A DNA stretch of 56,159 bases, filler included, from Perkinsus olseni (taxonomy: Eukaryota), in NCBI GenBank assembly GCA_013115125.1. It is 3 parts of 3 records of this genome, joined end to end, with 100 filler letters (N's around TTAATTAATTAA, not from the genome) between each part and the next. Parts side by side here need not be neighbours in the genome. Positions count along the whole stretch, not along the records: positions 1 to 18,765 come from JABANN010000610.1; positions 18,866 to 37,602 come from JABANN010000611.1; 1 more part is not named here. One strand, given 5' to 3'. Shown here piece after piece: positions 11,278 through 22,454 of the stretch. How positions within the stretch are numbered: position 1 is the stretch's first letter; each line of letters opens with the position of its first letter. The notes below the pieces were generated by a model, which was not told where the DNA came from, did no database searches, and saw nothing but the letters and a program-made list of their open reading frames with translations. Both the position numbers and the translations under genes were made by a program.

Positions 11278-14095
11278 CTGTTGCCAGCGTGCTTCACCAA
11301 AATGCTATAGATGATAACCTTTTCTTGAGAGGTCGGGCCTCTGAGGCCATGCGAGAACCCCTCCCGAGCGCTAGGGCGTTGCGCAGCTAGCGGCCAGCCC
11401 AACAGATTTTTTGGTTCAGGATCCTGGAAAACTGAACTTCTCAGTTGTAAGTCGGCTGCAGACGTCGCTACTGATCCTTCTGCAACTTCTGTGACACAGA
11501 TCTTGTGTTGTCATCTCCCAAGTTGGGAGTCCCAACGGACTTGCGTTCTGTACGTGGTTGAGAAACCTCCTTTACGTAGAAGCCTCAGTAGGGGTTCGTG
11601 AGAGTCCCTTACTTTGCTGAGGGCCACGGCCTGCGTGTTCTCCATGTAGGCTAGAGAGCCTCTAGAAATCCATGTCCATGACCTTCAACAGTCGGATGGT
11701 CGTGTCTCTTGAATGACATGATACCGAAAGCGCTCGTGTTGACCGGATTATTCGTCCCTTATTCTTCACTGGCTCTTTTTTATTCTACCCTCGTCTTTGG
11801 CGCGGTCCCGTCTGTACCGGCATGCTGCTTGTTGCGAGATATCTAGACGGCTGGATGGAGTGTCATCACGAGACTTATTGCATGACTCGTGGTCACCCCA
11901 GGTGCGCTAGAGGATCATATCTGTGAGCAAATGGTGGCAGTTGATTCGAGTTCTGAGGAGAGAGTCTAGGAGCAGGCTAGCGCCTCCAGCAAAACGAAAA
12001 CGGCTGGATTCGGAACAGAAGAATCGGAGGGCAGCTGGAGGTGGGGCGCGTCTCCCGCTATGCGATAAGAGCATCGCTCCGCCGCCTCTAACGTTTCGAT
12101 TTCGCTATAGCTCAAATGGAGTCTTCTACGGTAAAAGTTCTACCTAACTTCGTATTACAGGGAGCCACTCTCTATTGAATACTGCTTGGTATTCGAGCCT
12201 GCGTTGATTATGAGTTTGTGGGAGGAGCTGGAGGAAGCACGCAGCGCAACTCAGGGAATGACGGTCAAACATTGACCGATGAAGAGTCGTCCATTGACCG
12301 GAACTCTTCCGAGCAGTTCGCCATCAGAACATCGAAGGTCTTCTTCTAAAGTCCTGGCACAGAGCGGATTCACGATTATAACTACAGCGGCCAGGCGCTC
12401 TGGGCAACTTTTGATGAGACCTATGGCCTCACTCCTCCGCTGGGCTGTGCGAGGGTAGCTGCGTGACGACTCCGTCCTCTCCCCATGATGATTCCACACA
12501 TGCGCCGCCCTGAGATTGTGCAACATGGTGCTCAGCCGTTTCAGCATAGTGCAGCATAGTGGTCAAGATCCTCCTCTATGGAGGCTTTGGTGCGATTCCT
12601 AGACAGACCGGAGTCTGATCAACTGCATGTATTCTGGAGATGTGCTCAATGCTAAGGCTATGAACGTCGAGTTGAGACTCCTCTCCCTGAAGGAAAGCAG
12701 CCCTTAATGCGCCCAGGTTGGAAGGTCAACGACGAGGGAACTGAGGAACCCTCACTGAGGAGGGAACCAATGAGGGTGCGAGCGAAGAAAATGGTGCAAC
12801 GTTTGATGCTCCTGCGTACTACTGCGGGGTAATTGCTAATTCTGCACAATCATGAGCAGGATATTTCGTGTTGAGTTTTGAGCGCCCGAGCTTGATGTAT
12901 GGAGTCCTTATATCCGATAGTCACTGACTGTTTATCATAAATGATGAACCCATTAGAGACTGTTCAATGAAAATATGGGATCTCAATTCAAATCGTTTCA
13001 TTGGGAAAATTGAGAATCTCATGAGCTCGAGCCTCGAACTTGTCCAGGAAACCGGGAGAAGTGTTCCCGCCCAAGTTTGCGAGCCCCCGGAAGGCCCGTA
13101 CAATATTTTATCAAATACACTTGTCAGCGGTCTTGAAGAACTTCCTCGGAGAGCTTCTTACTGAAGGTTGCATAGTCGTGCGGGTTTTTTTCATCTATGC
13201 AATGTGAGTGGATTCTCATGTTCCTGTTTTTGGCAGGTTGCGTATACTCTTAATGCTCGCTATCCCCATAGAAGTTCAAGAAGTACTTTATGGACGGGGA
13301 AAGCAGCTTCTACAGGTGAAGGTAAAGCTTCTTCCTCGTCAACTTTGTCGAAGTTAGGAGCTTCAGGAATCAGTCCGGAAGCTGCGGAATCTCTTCGGTA
13401 GGGAAGAAATATGACTCGAGTTAACGGCCATTCAGGAATTTGAATGATGGAAGTATCGCTCCGAGAATTGATCACCCAGGCAGAAATGTCGCACACCACA
13501 CGGCAATGCACGCGACAGCATTTCGGAGCGTGCATTTGTTGGCATTTTCAAGGCTATAGAGTAAACAGTGCCACTCACTGTGTTGATCGCATCGAGAACC
13601 CAGCTGAGCCGTTATAATCTCATCGCCGATGCGTTTGAAGACAGCCTATGAAAACTGAGCAGATTCAAGGCTGGTGGTGATGCTTATCGCAACCTTAACC
13701 TTGAGAATACGCTTTGCGAATCTAGAACCTGTTTTCAACAACCTTGTATCAGAGAGGTTAACCAAACATCTTAACACATAACTAACTGAGAGCTTGAGAG
13801 CTTCATGAGAGCTTAACACATAACCAAACCGCCGACGGCCTAGACGTGATACTATCCGAAGTCCCCGCTAGCCATATCTTCCCCGTATGAGAAGTCTCTA
13901 CTGGACGCGGCGATAGTACTAGCGACCAGTCCGGCGGCCCCTCCGGTCATTTCCCGGGGTTGAGGTTTGCCGTGCGTCATTGGAGTAGAGGCATGAGATA
14001 TTCACTCCCTCAGTCGACAATTTGTCCCGAGTTGATAACGACCGTCTGTAGCGTGAATCGTCTCGGAGATCAGTTTGTTTAAAGTTTCGTTTTTT

Positions 14096-16347
14096 ATGGT
14101 AACGAAACGGCCGCTGATATACGAAGAGGATGGTCTGCGATGCGTTACACCCTATGAAAGGAGCTTCGAGATTAGGATCAAGGAACGCTGGGCAGGAAAG
14201 ACGATAGCGGAGCTGTTTGCTGATGATTTTCGATTTCTAGGCCGTGGGCTGGCAGGGTAAGTTTTGACTGAGACCCACTAGTGGGAGGCTCTCGTGGAAA
14301 TCACCAACGATTGGTTTGCAGTGTGAACGAAGAAGCAACAACGACAGCGTGATTGTATACCGCTGGTCTATTTCATTGTTCAAGTTGCTCAAAAATGAAC
14401 GTTTTTCACGGTCAGGTCGGCCTTCAGGCTGCTGCGGGATGGTGATTTGAAGCTCGCGCGTGGTAGGGAGGAACTCAGAGTGAACGAGGGCCATCGAGTC
14501 GCCCCGGGTGAAAGTCTGTGGCTGAAATCGATAAGTGAGACTGGGTGGACGCTTGCGAGTCAGCCGTAGAGGTACCCCCGGTGGTGAGCCCCCGCGATAT
14601 CTCTAGGTGCTGATGAGTATGAAGTTTATAGGATGAAGTCCAGAAATGGCTCTTTCTGTCTCAGGTGTGGAGAATCCTATCCCAGCAACGCCGATGAAAA
14701 TTTTAATGGAGACGGATGAGTTCCTGGCTGTCGATAAGCCTTGTGGTCTCCCGGTAAGTAGCTGTCACTACACCGACTTGGTCGTGTTGTGTTTCGGCCC
14801 ATGACAGTAGACCAAGAGCCGCTCCATGGCCTGGAATGCCTGGAGAGCCCGGAATCCAGTCCCTCCCGTCGTTTGTTTTCCTCGAGTTGAACCCTCGTCG
14901 TTACTTTCGATGGTGTTTTCTTGCACACGCGAATAAACTTCTGTTTCTGCTTGCCCATCTACTTTTATTCTTCTCAGATGCTGAATAGGTTTTCCCTCTA
15001 ATCAGGTGCATGAATGTGTGGGTTATTACTACAACACCTGCGTGAAGATCCTCGAGGCTTCCCGTGGATACCACCTTTTTCCGCTACATCGACTTGATGG
15101 GGTCACTTCGGGGATAGTAAGCACTTTCTCTTCGTGGTGCGCTAATATCTTTCTGTCGGTCGTCCGATGACATCCCTGAATTCGGGAGGTTATCTAAAAT
15201 AACTTAAGAGACTACCACCAAATACTTGACACTACTTTTAGCTACTAGTTAATTACTTAACTTTATGATTGACTCATCCGATATAACCGGGGAGATATCT
15301 TATCTCCCCGGTGAACTTACAAAGAACTGAAAGAGAACTTTTCACCATTTCCTGATGAAGCACATCGTAAATTCGTGAGAATGTTTCCTGTTGACGTAGA
15401 GCATGGAACAACTCCCATCAGCGGCATCCCTCACGCTGTGTAGGTAGTTTTTGCGAAGACCGCCAACGCAGCTCGTGAATTCGAACAAGTCCAGCGAAGA
15501 CGTAGCGCGAATAAGACGTATATTGCAAGAGTTTCCGGAAGATGCCCTGCTGGCGACGGTGAGTTACGGGTCGCGGTGGGTTGCTATAATTGGCAAATTT
15601 CGTAGTTGTTGTTGCTGCACCCCTCCGAGTCGATCGTACTGATGGTACTGTAACCATCAGCGAAGACGGTCGACCATCCCTAACACGGATAAGCTTGATG
15701 AAGTACATACCTGATCTGGATGAGAGCATCGTAAAGTGCATTCCCGTGACGGGGAGAAAACATCAAATTCGAGTAAGTCAGCGGACCTTCGGGAACTCGG
15801 AGAGATACCCGAGTACCTCTACAGTTCACAGCGGTGTATCGCTGAATGCTCTCCCATCATTTGCTCTGTTCGACTGCTCGCTACCAGTGAGACTCTCACC
15901 GTGAGAGGCGTTCTTGCATGTGATATCGAGACTGATATCGTTATGGTCAAATAGCGATGGTTTTCTACGCTTCCACGCGGACTGCGCCCTCATTTGTGAA
16001 AATCTGTTTCCTTTCTTCCCTTATGATTGATACTCGTCAGCGAACTGAGTGAATTCTCCCAGCCTTGTCGCGCTATCTTATCTCAGATGCGCTATCAGGT
16101 GCATCTGCAGTCGATTGGCTTGCCAATCGTTAATGACGAGAAGTACGGTGGGATCTTCGATGAGGAGCATCCATTCGCTGTTCGCCGACTGCCTGGCCGA
16201 GGAGGCCTCTCTGACGTCACCATCCCTGGAGGTATCTTTCTGCACGCGTGCTCATACTCGGCCAGGCTGGACGATGGCACGGAGTTCCACTTGCGGACAG
16301 ACGCCCCTGTTTGGGCTGAAGAGCCCTGCCCAGCTTGTATGAAGTAA
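14096..16347 (+). CDS. RluA-family pseudouridine synthase (RPUSD2/Pus9/Rib2-like), multi-exon
   Basis: Exons encode YEEDGLRCVTPYE..IKERWAGKTI, AVDKPCGLP|VH, catalytic LHRLDGVTSG, PVTGRKHQIR|VHLQSIGLPIVNDEKYG and IFLHACSY. Confidence 0.88.
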
Positions 16348-17044
16348 GTTGTATCTTTCAATATTGCGAATTTAATGGGTTTCATTTTACCGGTACTAAC
16401 TTTGTTTCGTTGAGCTGCTGACGATTCATTCATTTCTTGCGGGAAAGGATGAGAAGTAGTTCACTTCGCGAATCTTCGCGATCTTCTAAACAGCAAGTGC
16501 GGATCTTGTAAGGGTTGTGTAGCTCACTAGGTCATACTTCTTCGGAATGAGACACTCACACGGGAAGAGCGCTTCTCTTACAACTCACCGTCACGAAGAG
16601 AGGGATAACTTTCTCGTGATGTGCGGATGGCTCCGGTATGATCAGAGCAAGGGCCATGACTCGAGACTCTCAAGTGAGCAGCCTGCTCTGTTGGCAAGGC
16701 AGGAATACCCAAGGCAGCCTGCCTAACCACTTTTCAGAGCAGGCATGAGAGCAAGGCGCTCGGGAACCGAACGAGCGAGTGAAGCCCCTCCGCGCCAACT
16801 GGTCAGTCAATTTTCGCCGTCACATATGCCGGGACTGATCGATCCACTGCGCGCGGCCCTGTTGGGCAAAGTCAGCTGCGCCACCACAGGATACACTCCG
16901 CGAGTTCGGGTCACGGTGTCGCATTCCGCGCCGTTAGTTATCGCCATAGATCGTTCAGTGTGCCCGAAAAGTTCGTTTTCCATCTCCAGCCTGCGCGGGA
17001 CGAGGTTCTGTTTTTGAACGTCCTCAGTCTCTGCTCTTCGCTTG

Positions 17045-18470
17045 ATGCATGGCCATTACCTTCTCCTTCTAATTGCGTCCCACATCATCCGAGCGCTGGC
17101 TCAGGAGTTCTACGGCACCTACTGTCACAGCAAGAGGCTTTTCCCTTATCCTGAGGTCCCATTCGATACCTTCTGTGCGGATTTGAGCCTGCGTAACGAG
17201 GTGGATGTCGATGCGAGGCTCCGCTTTTCGACGAGAAACAACGTTGAAGTCGCGACGCCTGTGGTGCCCTTCGAATGGGAGACGGAAGAGATCCAAACTT
17301 TCGAGGTTCACGAGTTGGTCGTTAATAGCACAGAGCTGAGAAATGGTACGGGGCTTACTGAGTGGCTGAATGAAACGAGAAAGTTGTTAAAAATCGACGC
17401 CAAACTCAGCCCGGAGTCCCTTCGAATTTATCCAACACCATCAACGCGGTACCGATACAAGTATCGTCTTACTGTGGCGATAGGGAAATACCACCTCGTC
17501 TTAGACGACGAGGAGCCAGTCTTATACAGAGAATTCGCGAGGAGGAACAAATCACCCGAGGAGGGCGTTCTGACACCCCGGCCCCGCACTGCTGTTGCTG
17601 TGAGCCCCTCCGAAGGGCGCGTGGAAGTAGGGAGTTACGAGGTGCATGGTCAGCCGAGCGGCTGCTTGTCAACGGAGGTGGATATTCGTGAAGGAGACGA
17701 GGCTTTAGAAGCTAAGTTCACCTTTAAGCTCGCTGGTGGAAGCGAGGAGATAACGGATTACATGATGTTGAGAGGCGATAAAGTTATGAAGGTAGACAAG
17801 GAAGTGACAGACCCGATGATTGTGATGCTGTCCGAAATGTACGTCTGGAGCGTGCAGGCAGCTACCAACATTCGAGGGTTAGCCCTCTACCATCACCATT
17901 GAAGCGAAGGGGAATAAGCAAATCCTTGTGAACCTTGGGAGGGCTCGTGATGGGTCACCTGATGCGACGGTGATTCTGGATAAGGTCTCCGGAACAGGAA
18001 GGGAACCCACAATACTTGACGACCGCGCTGCAACCGCACCCCTCAGCACCGCTGCGGTGTCTCCTCGCGTTTTGACTCCCTATGTGGCCCCGGTGAAGGC
18101 TGGCACCTACAGCGTCTTTGGTCACCCGAGCGGGTGCTTGTCAACGGAGGTGGATATTCGTGAAAAAGACGAGGCTTTGGAAGCTAGGTTCACCTTCGAT
18201 CTCCCAGAAGGCAACGGGGAGACCATCGACTATATGAGGTTGAGCGGTGATAGAGTTATGAAGGTAGACGAGGGAGACACGGACCCTACGGATGTGATGA
18301 TGGCCGAGATGCAAGTTTGGAACGTGCAGGAACATACTGGGGTCCGAGACCTTGCTCTCAATAACATCGCCATTGAACCCACTGAAGACGATCGAATCTT
18401 GCTCCATCTCGGAGTGGCCCGTGATGGGTCTCCTGCAGAGACGGTGGAGCTCGCCAAGGTGTCGTCGTGA
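17045..18470 (+). CDS. Secreted protein with a duplicated domain of about 125 aa; frameshifted near 17890
   Basis: Signal-peptide-like MHGHYLLLLIASHIIRALA. Two copies of G.Y.V.G.PSGCLSTEVDIRE.DEALEA.FTF. Copy 1 lacks 2 nt relative to copy 2. Confidence 0.75.
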
Positions 18471-18765
18471 GTAGTTTGATACTCGAATTTATCAGAATTT
18501 ATCATGCTGTTGATGTTGTAAAGGAGCTGCTAGCATTGTGCTATCCAATCAGATCACCCCGGCACACCATTGCCCGATCGATTTCATGAACTTTCACTTC
18601 CGTTTCAATTCCGGGGAATTGACCTCTTCCATCCCCGTTTCATAAATTATAAATCATAATTCCTTTGTCAATAATTTCGCAACGAGCACTTTCTATACCA
18701 TTCAGAAATCTATTTGGCGGATAAGGCCGCCTATTTGGGGGTCGAGGATTTCACGTTAGCGTTTG

Positions 18766-18865
18766 NNNNNNNNNNNNNNNNNNNNNNNNNNNNNNNNNNN
18801 NNNNNNNNNTTAATTAATTAANNNNNNNNNNNNNNNNNNNNNNNNNNNNNNNNNNNNNNNNNNNN
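18766..18865. other. Assembly gap with artificial TTAATTAATTAA contig linker
   Basis: N44-ttaattaattaa-N44, which places stops in all six frames. Confidence 0.97.
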
Positions 18866-20247
18866 ACATAATTTTGTTCATCTCGAGGCGGGCGAGATTG
18901 TCGTTCACCACTTCCAGGGTTTCACCACTTTTAGTGGGCCAAAGCCTCACAAATACGGATTTTCTCGCCCTTCACCATTTTCAGGATTCACCATTTTCAG
19001 GCGGGACCGGATGAATGGAGCTTACTTAGAACGACCGCCTCGGCCTACGGGGCCGGCGGTTTCAGATATACATGCGAGTATCTTGGCGAGCGATAATGCA
19101 ACAATAGGGATACACAAACAATAGTAGCAACGGTCATATACTCGCATCGTCGTACCCAACATGCTCTATACGTCATCAAAACCCCAGGTCTCCGAGATGA
19201 AGCAACTCGCGGCACCGCGGTTACGCCAGTAGGGTCGACATGATCTCACAACGGCAACGAAGGCAATGCGAACGCAAACTGTGCCGAGGCCCAAGGCGAT
19301 GCTGCAAATGGCAATCGCGGTTCGGCAGACCTCTCGAAGACCTTAGTTGAAACTTTCTCATACAGCTACAGCGTGGCTGCCACACTGCCAGGGGGGCTTG
19401 AGAGGATTGAAACCTCTAACTACGGGGACTGGGAGTCGGGACGGTGGCCGCGGCGCACTTGCAGGCGGTGAGGGCGAGAAGGGGTTACGCCGAATGCCCT
19501 TCCTGTGGCCTTGGGCCAACAGTTCCTGCGTTTGGCTGCGCACAGCGGGTACACAACCCAAGTCCCGTCTAACCGGCTTCCGTCACGGAAGTTCTGTGGC
19601 AAGGCGGGAGCGTCCGTGCGAAGACAAACGCAACGAAGCCGGACGTACCAGAAGGGTCCCAAACTCTCGGCTTACCCGTTCGTGGGTGCTGCCTTTACCT
19701 CGGAAACTTGGTGTGCAAGTCGTGGAATTAGACCAGATGCGTGACGCACCATGCGTCTCGAAGATACTTCTCAACCTAAGTTCCGCTCCATCGCCCGAGG
19801 GCGATCTTTTCAACTGGCAAACCCTGACGGAAGGCAATGAATCTCATTGCATGAGAGCACCCGATCTACGCATTGTATGTAGAGTGCCGCGTGCAACGTT
19901 TCGAGGAGTGATACAAAAGTCGTACGGAAGCTGCCGGGGAAGGGCCTCGTGGTTTTGACGATGAACAGTGGAATAGATAATTCTGATACGAGGCTGTTTG
20001 CGGAGAGCCACTAAATGGCTCTTAAAACTGTCTGCAAATGTTCCGGGACGAACCAACTCATCGAAACGAAGCAACTCTACTGTTCTCAGGAGGAACATGA
20101 TCCCATGTTGACAAGATAAGCTGTCGATTACTACTGAGGTAAATCTTCCTCGACGAACGGGAGGCGGTTCTGCTCAACGCGTGAACCCAAGCCACCTTTC
20201 GTTTGTCAGTTTGTCATCATGTTTTCTCGGTAACGATTTGAGCGACC

Positions 20248-20538
20248 CTGCAGCCTCTGCGCGAGTCGATCAATTTGTCTTCAAGATAATGCGGTCATAG
20301 CCGCAGGACTCCCGGTGGCTGGTCTGCACCTCGCCATAGAGGACGACGTGACTAGCCCCTAGTCCCCTCTCTTTCCTTCTAGTACCCCAATCTGAACGGC
20401 TCTGCAGCCTTTGCGTGAGCCGATCAATGTGTCTCAAGACATGGCGGTCTTAGCCGCACGACTCGGTATACAGTGGCTGGTCTGCGCCTCAGCATAGAGG
20501 ACGACGTGACTAGCCCTCTGTCTGCTCTCTTCTAGTAC
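20248..20538. repeat. Two-copy tandem duplication (about 154-bp period) with conserved hairpins
   Basis: Copies 20248-20385 and 20402-20538 share ctgcagcct, gatcaat, gtggctggtctgc, catagaggacgacgtgactagccc and ttctagtac. Confidence 0.85.
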
Positions 20539-21614
20539 AAGACGTATTCCACATTACGCACTCTGAGTTGCGTCAGGGCCACGTCCAATTTTCCTTGCCA
20601 GCCAGCATTGGATACCCGAGCAGAGGTCTGGATCTCGTTGGCTCCGCGATCGTCCGCTAAGCTTCTGCGCAACGGACAACCAGTTTGTGCCACGCACTTA
20701 CTATTGAACAGCAACCCCTCGTAAAAAACTCTGCTAAATGTCCCCTTGTGCGGGTTACAAGCCGCGGCATTTGATCTGCATATCGTGGTAGCAAGGAGCT
20801 ATGCGCATATCATTATTGCCCTCTTCAATCGGATGGCACTGTGGGAGCGCCTCAGCGTGATCCGGATGGGAACTCAACATGAGAGAGAAGAAGAGCTGTC
20901 GCGGCCGGCGGTAGACGACGACAGGCCGATTAGCTATATGATGCACGCGTACGCAGTCGCGCGCTGACTCTACAGGCACTAGTTGAGAATTGGGCTGCGG
21001 CGTTCGCCCTCAATTACCGGTACCGATAGGACGGCTCCCAACCGTGCAAAGCATCATCTCTGTCTTCTCAAGCAAACTCCGCACAAAGAAGGTAAACCCT
21101 TCCCATGGAACTGAATCCTTATGAGAGGGTCTCGCGTGTCCGGCCGTATCCCAGTCGACGTATATCTTCACACCTTGGGAATCAAAAGAAGTGCACTTGC
21201 AGCGTGGAAGCCCGATTTAACCGCACCATTCCTATCATGTTGACGCACGGTTGTCGATCGAGTATTATAATCTATTCACCACGTATATGAACACCAGGGA
21301 CAAACACGTGGCTGGGACACGGTGGCTCGCTGTATCCGTAGCAGTATACTATGCTAGTCGATATATACTACGGTGGCTGCTGTATACTCCGCTGGATATC
21401 GTGCTAGTCGATGCCCTGACTGTGTTAACCCGCGCAACACTCATGGAAAGATGAGGAGGGCAAGACAGACTTCATGGGTGTTGTCTTGTGCGAATCACTG
21501 CCACACAATGAAAGCTGCGCAGCTGATAGAAGCTGTGGAAACTCTATCGCGAAACTGTTTTGCACATTGTTGTAGCAAGCCGCCATGCAAACCCTCGTCG
21601 GGATCCTGTGCTTC

Positions 21615-22304
21615 ATGAGCTTTCGCAGCTTTGCTGTGGATTGGGAAGCCCCAGAGTCTCCCAGATTATACTTGTAAGCAGAAGTAACATTCATGCCGCT
21701 GACATTTGTTACGTCTCGTTCAGGAAAGTATTCTCGCAGCCTGATGCGTTGCCGGGAATAGAGACATCAGTCAATGCATCCGGAGGTAAGAACCTTGAGT
21801 CCGATGCCGGTACCACAGATGTCATCCTACCTCAGAAGGCGGCGTGTACGAGAGACCTGTAGGTAAATGTAAACAGCAAGGGCCTGGTAAAGTTTCCGGC
21901 TGCAGCTGTAACCAACCTTATACTATGGCGGGAGTCCAGGTGAGCAGGGAATCGCTGAAAATTGCTCCGAGGTATCCCGGTGGAGATGTATTAGCCGACG
22001 ATCGATCTGTACCTTCAATAGACATCTACACTCAGAACGATGCCGGCAAACTCCTTGCGGTCGTCTGTACAGAGAAGTGCTCAGAAGCTAGCAGCTGCCC
22101 CGAGCCTCCTAAGGGGTCGGTGGAATGCAAACCTTTCAAGTTTTGCCTCATCAACTGCGAAAATGATAAGGTGGGGCGGTTCGAGCTGTCTCAGGGAAAG
22201 TGACGTACATGATTTCTTCCTTTTGCCAGGACTGCCCCGGGAAGGGTGCACTCTGCAAGTCGACTGATGACCCTAAGGGACACGCTTGTATGTACCCCCT
22301 CTAG
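21615..22304 (+). CDS. Small cysteine-rich protein, multi-exon (start uncertain)
   Basis: Exon segments GKCKQQGPGKVSGCSC, VCTEKCSEASSCPEPPKGSVECKPFKFCLINCENDK and DCPGKGALCKSTDDPKGHACMYPL* separated by GT-AG introns. Confidence 0.65.
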
Positions 22305-22454
22305 CCCTAGCACGCTTACTGTACGGATAACGTCCAGGCGTCCGCCGCTCACAGTCGATTCAAACTTAACTCTGAGTAATTTTCAGTATTTGTCCATCCC
22401 ATTGATGGCTCAGTCCATCGTCTAGTCACACTATTACCTTAAAGATAATCATTG

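Noticed and set aside
18810-18821. TTAATTAATTAA inside N runs (also in the gap at 37603-37702)
   Set aside because: Artificial six-frame-stop contig linker, not biological.
19347-19958. 203-aa ORF after the first gap
   Set aside because: Non-ATG start, no recognisable motif, in repeat-like sequence.
22264-22285. CTGATGA-CC-ctaa-GG-GACAC resembling a hammerhead core
   Set aside because: The required GAAA is GACA, flanking stems are missing, and it lies in a coding exon.
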